Both the position numbers and the translations under genes were made by a program. Of a stretch of DNA of 64,000 bases, positions 24,813 through 35,313 are shown piece by piece (position 1 is the stretch's first letter; every line of letters begins with the position of its first letter). The DNA comes from Azolla caroliniana (Eukaryota > Plantae > Polypodiophyta). The stretch is taken from the NCBI GenBank assembly GCA_043228905.1, contig JBHGNT010000012.1:15686001-15750000 (forward strand), read 5' to 3'. The notes under the pieces were generated by a model. It worked only from the letters and a program-made list of their open reading frames with translations. It had not been told where the DNA came from and searched no databases.

Positions 24813-27800
24813 ATGTCTTCAAAGAGAATCGAGCGCGAGGACTCCAGGTAGGCCTCTGACACTGTGGACATTTTTGTAAATATGTTTCGTCTCTCAAGAA
24901 CTCGATACGCCGTATCAAGTTCATGTATACAATACAAATATTTATACATGAACTCGATACGGCGTATCGAGTTCATAATTTAATTTTTCTTTTTATACAG
25001 GAACTCGATACGCCGTATCGAGTTCGTGTTTAAAGTGTAGGTTTTAAACACGAACTCGATACGGCGTATCGAGTTTGTGTTTAAAGTGTAGGTTTCAAAT
25101 AGGAACTCGATACGCCGTATCGAGTTCGTGTTTAAAACCTACACTTTAAACAGGAACTCGATACGCCGTATCGAGTTCCTGTTTAAAGTTTGAATTTTAA
25201 ACAGGAACTCGATACGCCGTATCGAGTTCCTGTTTAAAGTATAGGTTTTAAATACGAACTCGATACGCCGTATCGAGTTCCTGTTTAAAGTGTAGGTTTT
25301 AAACAGGAACTCGATACGGCGTATCGAGTTCCTGTATATAAGAAGGCTTTGAGAGAGAAAAATTGTATTTTTGGGGTAACAAATAATTTTGGGACGGAAA
25401 AGTAATCAAATTGTCTGGCAAAATCAGTCTTTTTATGTTGGCTTTCCTTACTTTTAAAAAAAACATGCTCTAATTATAGGTGTTTTATGACCTACTTTAG
25501 CTTAAAATAGTAGAAAATGATCCACAAATTTCCTTTACGATAGCAAATTCTCGTCAATATAGGTTTGGAATCTATATAAGTCATACCTACTATTTAAAAG
25601 AATATATAACCCTTTTTACTTATTACGATATATATTTTCTAGGTTGAATAGCCCTGCCTATAATAGATTTTTGAATATAGGACTGCTCCTGGGAACTGTT
25701 CTTCATGTTAATATACAACCTTAATCTACGTGACTACCTAACTTATGTTTTTGCATATACTTTCTTAAATAGGTCGTTTGAAAACCTGTCGGACCGACCG
25801 GTGAAGAAAATAAAGCTTCGCATACAAGGTTCTCCAATCGAAGCCCAGACCAAGGTAGCTCCTGAGACCATGAAGAGAGGAAAAAAGCTTCTCTTTAACG
25901 AAGAGACAAAATCTCAGCCCCATAGTGATGTTAGCCAAAAGAAACTTGTCGCCGCTACTGGAGGTGAAGACCTTCCTGACCGAGATCTAACGGACAAGGA
26001 ATGGTGTATGCAATATGTCGACTCAAAGAAAAAAGTCGTATTGTATACAACAAAGAAGAAGGGTGAGGGGCAACTTGGAAAGGAAACCCCATTTATGTAT
26101 GGCCGTATTCTACGATTTGACTACGAAGATGCAGATTCGGCCAACATACTGGTAATGATAGACTGCTCGAAGGGGGTACGTAAAGTGTTCCTTTCAGAAG
26201 ACCTTTTAGTAAAAGAATCTTGTGGGCCAGAAGTGTTCAAAAAAGCACTTGATAGCTCACAAAACCTTATTGTTACCTTGAGGCCTTATATACAAGGCCA
26301 TGTAACTCTAAGAGATGAAGTGCCCTCCCCATTGTAGCCAACAAAAAAGGTTTCCAAAGTCCAGTCAAGACCAGCAAAGAAGAAGACAACAAAAATGTCG
26401 GATACGGATTCAACAAGTGAAAACGAAGAGGAGGATAATAAGGGGACGCCAGGAGCTGAGCTAGCCTCGGGTGTTTTGTCATCCGAGCAGAATAAAATAA
26501 GGAGAGAGTTAATGCAACGGAAGCTGGTCAGGAAAGGGCAAGTATTTAATTTACCTATAACACACATCCATCGGCCCCCTATTGATGAAAAAACAGGTCG
26601 AAGACCACTTGAGATTAGAGAGCCTCACCGCATGCATGTTCAAAATCTCAAGAAAAAAATGAAAATTAATCCTCATGCCACTGTGGTGCCTTTTATTGTT
26701 ATGGTAGATCCTGAAGAATGTGAAACCATTGAAGATTTTGATATTAGAAAACATGATCAATATAATTATTTTGTCATTGGTGGATCGCATTCAGCGGAGG
26801 CATGTCGGCAACTTGTGAGAGAACATCCAACGACTTTCTTCTTCAAGTATGCCGAGTGCAAAATTTATGTTGGGCTCACAACCGAAGAGGCTAAGCTGTT
26901 GGCATGGGACCATAATAATGATAATGACTATAGGCAGAAAATGTCGTCCATTGAGCGTATACGGTTCTTCCACCACGAGTATTTAGATGTGAAACAAAAG
27001 TTTGGTGTGAAGTTACATCCAGGCCTTCGACGTCAATGTCTGCATGAAGTCGGCATTGTGGTAGATGATAATGTTAGGTCTGATGGTCTTCGAAAGTATG
27101 AGTCTTGGTTTCAATTGGCGTTTAGAGATGGAGAAGTATGGGACCTACAAGATCAAATCTTCTCAATGTGGGAGAATAAGGAGGTAAAGGGTCAACGACA
27201 AAAGAAATGTATGGTTGACCCTCAACTAGAGTTAAAGTCACAAGCCGCCAAGAAAATTGACTTGACAATTGAAGAAGCGGCAGATGACATGAAGCTGTCT
27301 CTATGGAGAGCGATGCAAGGTATTAAGGACGAGCAACTTCTAGTGTCGGTTTTGTCAAGGGTTGTGGCGAAAGATTTAAGCCTTGAAGAAATGGTCACTG
27401 AGTTCAATAAGTAAGTCCCTCAAATACTGAAATTATAGTCTATCTAGTGTAATTCAAAGTTCTAATCTTGATTTCTAATTTTACAGTCATAAGGTGTACA
27501 TGAAGATCCAAGAAGTTATGATGAAACAACTTGGATGTATAACTTGGGAACAAGTGACCGAGGATTATCCTCTAACGTCTTCGTATAAGGCGTTATCAGA
27601 GTATTTTATTGCATTCAAGGATTGGGTTAGTATTCATGTTTTTTCATTACCCTTTCATCATATGTAGAGCTTGTATAATAATACCTGATGTCCTATTATT
27701 TCTATTAGAAACCGTGTCGAGGCAAGAAACAAGGAGAAGTTAAGGATATACACGATTTCCCTACATCCTTCCTTGCACATCTCGAACGAGCCAGAAAAGA

Positions 27801-28985
27801 AAAGGATCGTCGCTTAGTCAAGGCGTACGAAATGGAGGAAGATGGCTCCTTTAAAAAATTTAGCCACAAAAAAGATATTACAAGAGATCTTTACTACAAT
27901 GTGGTTTGCGGTGATGTCATCGACTTGATCCAGAAGGTGCCAAAGAAGGAATATACGCTAATGATTGCGGATATTCCTTACGGATTTCGAATGGCTGGGT
28001 CATCATACGACGATGAACTGTTTAGGTTTAAACAATTGGAGAAGATGGTCAAGGATTTCGCTGAGCTAACGACAGCATCCTTGTGGCGAATAGTTGTCTT
28101 TCATAGTATGGACCAAGGGTACTCGGTAGCTCAAGCTTTGAGATCTCGTTGCCATGGCATCGAGAACCTTGCATGGTAAGGATTATTTATAGGTGTCTTT
28201 CACTATATTGCATTTCTTAAGGTTGTTGAATCTATTCTTAACTCGATGTATTATTTTTTATAGGATCAAGACCAATGTAAATAGAGGGCCAACTTTTCGG
28301 TTCGTTAATGCCATTGAATACATAACGGTTGGCTACTTCGATGAAATTAAGAAACAGAGAATCAAGGAGCATTCTAATGAAGTGGGAGGTTCAAATCTGT
28401 TGGTATATCCAGCAGTGACTCGGAAATTGCGACATGTCACCACGACAGAATGGGGACTTGTCAACCCATACCAAAAACCTCAACGACTTATGATGCGCTT
28501 GATCGAGATGTTTTCTGTCGAAGGAGACTGGATATTAGATCTCTTTTCTGGCACAGGTATTCCTCGAACTAGGGTAACGATCTTGAGATAACCAATCACT
28601 TTTTTTTCGTTTGACAACTAAATCTTCTTGTTACTTACATCACAGGAACTACGTCAGCATGTGCATTGAAGCTGTTTAGAAATACAAGGACGAGGACCAA
28701 GTTATATTTATTAATATGCGGATTAAGGCTTTGTGGGAGTGCCCAGACCAGGATGAGGAGGTCGGTGCAAAGAACCTCACCAATACAGAAAGGTTTCAAC
28801 CTACTTCGTGAGAGCCTATTCCTCCGTTAGCCGACGAACCGGGGGAGCTAATAGAGCTTGATGATGAGCTTATAGAAGATATTTCGTTGGCTCGGCTAAC
28901 AGGGGAAACCAATGCACGTATAGCCGAAGACAGTTCTACACAAGATGATGAAGAAAATGACGTTGATGAATTGATTGCTATGTAA
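24813..28985 (+). pseudogene. ParB/Srx-like domain + beta-class amino (N6A/N4C) DNA methyltransferase, ~974 aa reconstructed; exons 24813-24847, 25773-27410, 27487-27625, 27709-28175, 28264-28556, 28646-28985
   Basis: Five GT-AG introns with consistent phases. Motif IV is IADIPYG, followed by LAWIKTN, motif X NPYQKPQRLMMRLIEMFS and motif I WILDLFSGTGTTSACALKL (order IV...X-I). ParB-like pattern at ~26545-26970. Lesions: TAG at 26335 and a 13-bp deletion at ~28686. Confidence 0.88.
24898..25331. repeat. Array of 9 palindromes GAACTCGATACG(C/G)CGTATCGAGTTC, 51-bp period, inside intron 1 of the MTase gene
   Basis: Copies start at 24898, 24950, 25001, 25052, 25103, 25154, 25205, 25256 and 25307. 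The symmetry often extends to TTTAAACAG...CTGTTTAAA (43 bp). Confidence 0.95.
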
Positions 28986-30863
28986 TAGACTCTATGAAGA
29001 ATATGACACTGACGATTTGTTAAGATTTCACATTATTAATACAAATATTTGGTTTTACCTAGTGGATTCTATTCTTTATAATCTTCTATATGTTTCAATT
29101 TTATTTTTATATACTTGATTAGTAGATTTATGACATTGGTTTCACCGCGTGCATAGCTGACTACCAAACTTATGGAGAAACATGAACTAGTTTAAATGGA
29201 GGCTGATTTTGGTCCAAGCTAACCTTAACAGAACATGGCCCTATAATTGTTGCCATGACTGTTCATGTTGTTATTATGGATCTTTGTCTTCTATTGTTAA
29301 AACTATTATGTTTCTATTCCATTGCTGCTTAGATTGTGTAGTGTGTTGATAATGGTTCCACTTGCGTTATCGTTCGGAGTTTGATCTTGTGTGAATCACC
29401 TAAGCAATAGAGTAGACCAATTTTAAATACATGTATGAAAGCCTAATAGGTTTGTTATTTCCACGACATTATCCTAAAGTTCACTGCCTTACATTGTGCA
29501 CAATTATATACACATATGGTTTGATCTCATATGAACAAACTGAGGAATAGATTAGATCAACTTTAAATACAAGTATTGAATACTTTAATAAGCTAGTTGG
29601 AAGCAATCACTTATCCTAATGTGCACTATCCTACATTTTCCACAATTACATACATGCACATATGGGTCAAAGTATAAATTATATCTCATTTTATTAGTAT
29701 GGATACAAGTACACCTCATATTTTTGTAAAACTTACCTAATTAATATAAGTCTTTAAGTTAGTGTTTCCCTTGTCGCACAATAGTGCCATATTGAGCCAT
29801 AGTTGAACTTTATTATGCCTACATTAACTTATCAACATGTCTAAACTTGCATGATTTCTAATGATCTCCACTCGTAGATCTATCATGTATTTTTATATTT
29901 GGAAATTCTCATCAAGTTGAGGAACATGTGATACTAGTGCATCCAATTTTTGTAGAGAGGGTGTATTTGCTTCGTTTTAAGAAGATTCTACAAGTGGAAT
30001 GCGCAATCCTTCCACTTGTGAACGCGAACGTGTTTATTGTTAACATTTTTTTCGTGTATAAACTACTCATGACGCGAACAAACATGGTTGAGCCTCGGGG
30101 AGCCACCATGAAAAAATCGATATAGAGATCAGGGAAAGACATTAAATTGTCACCCCCATGGTTTTTAAAACACCTTTGTGTTACCATAGTAACCTGATCT
30201 TGAACCTCATCTCATACGTCTAGAGGGGTATTGACGTGAGATCATGATATCGATTAATGTTTGCCCATGATATGTTTACATCACGACATGATGTTATGAC
30301 TATCTCTCTGACCTTATCCTATTTCTTTTCCAGAAATAATATTTAATGGCTCAAATTAACGACCCGATGTCATCCGCTCAAGCGGAAGGAACTCAAGGGA
30401 ATCCTCCTGGACAAATGTCCACTGAGATGTATTTGGTACAAATAAGTCAATACCTTAGTTTCACCGCTCAACAAATGACTGAACTTCGGCAATCTCAGAG
30501 TGCTCTTGAGGCACGTGTCATTAGTCTACAACGTGAGACTAATAGACCTGATGAGCGACAAGGTGAACCATCATTTGTCGTTAAGCCATTTATGGGAGAC
30601 AAAAAGGAAAGAACCGAAGAAGCAATCTGCACATGGCTGGGACGATGGGAGTCTCATTTTGAGCTCTATCCAACGCCAGATAGTATGAAGATTGCATAGG
30701 TCAGCCGAGAACTTAGGGGTAAGGCCGCTGGCTGGTGGTGTGGGCTCCGTACTATGGGGAAATTGCCTGATACTTGGACAGATTTTGTCACGGTTTTTAA
30801 GGGCCAATTTCTGTAACCTCCCTCTCGAACCAAAGCAGCACAAGCTTTAATGAACCTCTCTAG

Positions 30864-31732
30864 TGACGAGAACTAAACGCTCCTTATGCGCAACGCTCGG
30901 CCACAACCGAGCTTAGGATCATACACAGAAAACGGGAAAGAAAACATGACACGAAGAAGAGAAGAGTACACAGGATGTTTACGTGGAAAACCCCAAACTA
31001 GGGTAAAAAACCACGGCAGCCCACAGGCTGCAAACTATCACTACGTTAGAATGTACAATAGTGAGTTCACGGAGGCAACGACCTCGTGCTCACGATCTTC
31101 GCCACAGGCGGCGGTTACACTAGAGGCAACAACCTCTTTCTCTCTCTCTCTCTCTCTCTGTACACAGTTACGCGCTCTCTCACCCCTTGCGCCAACAAGA
31201 ATGACAACAACAGTTACTAGAAGTTTGCCCTAAGTCATATTTATACTAATATGACTTTTCGGCTATTTACAAATATAGCCTCGATGGATTCTCAGAAACA
31301 TATTTACGAATATGTCTCTTCATCCGGTGAGCATTCCTCACCGGGTCTGCACCATCCGACTCTCCATAGCCGGGTACTCCTCATCCGGTCTTCACCGGGT
31401 CTGCACCATCCGGCTCTCCGTAGCCGGGTACTCCTCATCTGGTCTTCACTAGGTCTGCACCATCCGGCTCTCCGTAGCCGGGTACTCCTCATTCGGTCTT
31501 CACCGGGTCTGCACCATCCGGCTCTCCGTAGCCGAGTACTCCTCATCCGGTCTTCACCGGGTTTGCACCATCTGGCTCTCCGTAGTCGGGTACTCCTCAT
31601 CCGGTCTTCACCGGGTCTGCACCATCTGACTCTCCGTAGCCGGGTACTCCTCATCTGGTTTCGGCCTCGGCCGAGTTTGTTCATCTGCACTGTTCTTCCC
31701 CCTTCCCATCCAGAGGGACCTGTCTCCCAACA
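30864..31732. mobile_element. Solo LTR (869 bp) inserted in gag of the 18879-34666 element, containing a 51-bp tandem repeat (~7 units, ~31320-31660)
   Basis: TG...CA ends and TSD TCTAG (30859-30863 / 31733-31737). The repeat unit contains CCATCCGGCTCTCCGTAGCCGGGTACTCCTCATCCGGTCTTCACCGGGTCTGCA. Confidence 0.85.
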
Positions 31733-34700
31733 TCTAGCAGGAAATTTTCCTCGCTAGAAGACTATGTTCACCATGCTAGAACCCAAATCCAAAAATCAGG
31801 TCTAGAAGGGGACAATTGGTTGATAGCTTGTTTTGTCAATGGCATCCCCAATTCGGACTATCACTGGATAATGCACGATAAGGATCCAAAATCCTTCGAA
31901 GAGGCCGTTGAAATAGTTCTTCGCTATCAACGCACTTCGAAGAAGGACCACAACAAACCCAACGAAGTGCCCGGGACTAAGTAGTCGCAATTTGTTGGGA
32001 AACGCAAGACACCCAACGAATTCCTGGATCGCGATTGTAAGCAACAACATCCTTTTTGCGTATTCTGTAAAAAGAAGGGTCACACAAAAGAGCAATGTCG
32101 AAACCTCCAACGGAAAGAGCACGACAACAAACCTAAAGCTTAAGACCATAAAGGTCAGATTCCTAATGTTCTTCAGGTCTATACACATCATTTAAGTAAT
32201 TGTCAATGTTCTTTCCCTCACTATGTATTGGGTCCCAATGATTTACTACGTGCAAACGGGTATATCAATGGATCTCCTGTACAATTTTTATTTGATTCGG
32301 GAAGCTCACACAATTTTGTGAATGATCGTTTGGTTTAGATATGGGGAATCCAACCCACCGTAAGTGATCACACCTACACGGTGCACTTGGCTGATGGAAG
32401 AGTACAATACATCAACAGGGCAATTCATTCATTAGGAATTTCTATTGATACTTATATAGAGGAAGTAGACTTCCATGTAATGAATCTTTGTGCCACCGAT
32501 GTAATACTGGGTTATCCCTGGTTTTATAATAAAAACTCTTCTTTATTTATTGATTGGGTTCGCCATTCCATTTCTTTTGTACTGAACGATTGTACGCATT
32601 TTATTCAATGTATCAAAAAACAATCCCTCTCGATTGTTTCCTCGTGTTCATCAAAATCCGAGTTGTCTTGTTCTATGTTATTTTATTGTGTACTTGATCC
32701 GGACATTCACGTTTACAATATCGATAATGTCCCGGTTCAATTAACATATTTTGAACAACACCAACTTGATGAAATCTTAAATGATTTTCATGATGTTTTT
32801 CCAAGTGAACTACCTGATGGGTTACCTCCTAAATGTAATATAGACCATCGTATAGATGGGTCGTAAGGCACGATGGGCTGATCTCATCCAGGACTTTGAT
32901 TTTTCCATCTGATATCGTAAAGGTTCCATGAACACTGTCGCTGATGCACTAAGTCGCATCCGTGAAGTTAACATGCTTAGCTTCACTGAAATAACATCAG
33001 ATCTTTATGATCACCTTCGAGGAAAGTATCCTGATGACAGTTATTTTGCAAAATACTGGGCAAGAGCTGAGTCTGGAACAGACACCACCACATCCTCGAA
33101 GGAATACTTCCACATTGCTAACGGTTTGCTCTACCGTAATGGGAAGGTTTGTGTTCCAGATTTACCTCAGGTCAAAAAGAGGATTCTTTTTTAATGCCAT
33201 GATGCACCCTCAGTAGGGCACCCTAAAATACATCGTACACTCGTTCTCATCTCCACTCAATTTTATTGGCCTAAGATGCGTCCTGACATACATAGCTATG
33301 TGACTAAATGTCACCAGTGTCAGCTTAACAAAGCCGAGCAACTTAAAGCCGCAGGACTTTTACATCCCTTGGACATTCCCAATAATAAGTGGGAAAGTAT
33401 ATCCATGGATTTTATTGTTAGCCTTCCTCGCACCCAAAAAGGTCATGATGCCATCTGGGTTGTCGTTGATCGACTAACTAAAATGGCCAGATTTATTGCT
33501 ACTAAAACCACGGTAACAGCTTCTGAATTGGCTTACCAATTTGTTGACAAATTATTTCATTTTTATGGGTTACCGATGGATATCGTGAGTGATCGAGATC
33601 CAAAGTTTACTAGTGACTTTTGGACGCAAGTCTTTAAGAAGTTAGAAACTACGTTGAGCATGAGCTCCATGGATCATCCTCAATCCGATGGACAGACAGA
33701 ACGAGTAAATCAAATTATTGAGGACATGCTTCGAGCATACATTGGTGCAAAACCAACAAAATGGGAACGTTATCTCCCAATTTTGGAGTTTGCTTATAAC
33801 AGCTCCAAGCATACGTCGACGGGATATAGTCCTTTTATGTTGATGTATGGTTTTCAGCCACGAGCCCCGATTGATGTTAATATACATCATGATGAGTTGC
33901 GAAGTACGCAAAACTTTCTTCGGGATATGCAAGATATGTTGCATATTGCACGAGATAATATAGTTCTGGTGACAACACAATTACAACTGAAACTCTGGTT
34001 ACTTCTGAAGATTTATCTTCGAAACCACATGTACCAGAAAGAATTCTCGATGTTAAAACAAAAAAGTTACGTACCAAAGAAATCCGAGAATTTAAAATTA
34101 AATGGATGGACAAATCTATCAAAGATGCCACATGGGAATGCGAGAATACTCTAAGAACAAACTTCCCTAACTTTCCATTGCAAGAGTGCAATGTTTTAAA
34201 GAAGGGGAGTATGTTACGGGCATGACCATTTAATATCCCATGGTGAGAATTTACCGTAGTATTCTATGCACGTGGATAAGTGTGAGGGTTAAACGAGAGT
34301 GTAAAGAAGGGGAGGATTACTTTTAATCCTCGGGATTGAGACAACCCATTAGGTCAAGTGTGAACTTGCCTGGGGGCCTTGGGTATCGCTATAAATAAGA
34401 GGCCTAACTACCCTCATTTGATCATCTTTTGACTACATCGAGACTCTGCTCTTGTGGTGGGTCAACTCTTGTAGTGAGCGCGCCAGCACCAGGTACGACT
34501 CGACGCCACAGCGGTGCTATGGGACGCCGATTGAGGCTCAAGTCTGTCTCGATCCCTTCGCTCAGGGGTGGTCGGGTGGATTGGCACCCTTCTTTCTCTT
34601 TCTCCTTTCTATGTATCATTAGTTTATCCTTATCTTAAGCTTACTTTAATACCTAGATCTCTAATACACGCCCCCGCCGTGATCCGTGAAGTGAATGTTA

Positions 34701-34841
34701 GCGGAGTTGGCCACCACATAGTGGGAGGGTGAACCCCAATCTGCCCAGACCAACAGTCGACCAACATGCGACCAACATGCGACCAATGCAGGAAGAGCGG
34801 GCGGAGCGCAACGAGGAAGCTGCACAGGAGCCGGAAGCCGA

Positions 34842-35313
34842 ACCATGCCAGGAAAGCCCGAGGCCAAAACGACGGAGGCTGGACAAGAAAGATGGGCGCG
34901 GGTTAGTTAAAGACACACTCGTTGCCACAGAGATGACGACCGTGGTCGACAGCTCCGTAGCTACGGAGCCCAACACCACCTTCGAAATAATCTGGGAACC
35001 ACGACCGATCATTACAACCCAGTCTCAGCAGGGGAAAGGCGTATTTACAGCATAAAGTGAGGTCCTGGCGTATCCGGACCATGCCAGGAAAGCCCGAGGC
35101 CAAAACGACGGAGGCTGGACAGGAAAGATGGGCGCGGGTTAGTTAAAGACACACTCGTTGCCACAGAGATGACGACCGTGGTCGACAGCTCCGTAGCTAC
35201 GGAGCCCAACACCACCTTCGAAATAATCTGGGAACCACGACCGATCATTACAACCCAGTCTCAGCAGGGGAAAGGCGTATTTACAGCATAAAGTGAGGTC
35301 CTGGCGTATCCAG
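34842..35313 (+). repeat. 236-bp tandem duplication inside the gypsy extra ORF
   Basis: ACCATGCCAGGAAAGCCCGAGG...GGCGTATCC starts at 34842 and 35078. Confidence 0.9.

Larger units (their letters stand above)
20716..30034. mobile_element. Sola-like TIR DNA transposon (9319 bp) carrying a transposase and a ParB-like/DNA-methyltransferase gene - copy 1
   Basis: 36-bp TIRs AACACGTTCGCGTTCACAAGTGGAAGGATYGCGCAT at 20716-20751 and 29999-30034 (one mismatch). 4-bp TSD TATT at 20712-20715 and 30035-30038. A second copy has the same ends. Confidence 0.92.
18879..34666 (+). mobile_element. Nested Ty3/gypsy chromovirus-type element; LTRs 18879-19333 and 34212-34666; RT and most of RNase H deleted
   Basis: 455-bp LTR pair, TSD CACGC (18874-18878 / 34667-34671) and PBS TGGTATCAGAGC at 19336. 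gag starts at 30346, protease has FDSGSSHNFV (~32290), integrase is at 33276-33960, followed by a degraded chromodomain and PPT AAAGAAGGGGAG. Confidence 0.9.

Noticed and set aside
24898-25331. CRISPR array (palindromic repeats at regular spacing)
   Set aside because: Linkers are short and mostly copies or inversions of each other rather than unique spacers. No cas-like ORFs, and the context is a eukaryotic intron.
25705-28591. Bacterial/phage contamination or a restriction-modification operon
   Set aside because: The MTase is split by five phase-consistent GT-AG introns and lies inside a TIR element nested in plant retrotransposons. No endonuclease partner is visible.
31251-31757. 17-aa repeat proteins on both strands, and a link to the 51-bp palindrome array
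   Set aside because: The ORFs arise from a stop-free minisatellite in a solo LTR. There is no sequence similarity to the transposon array, so the equal period looks coincidental.
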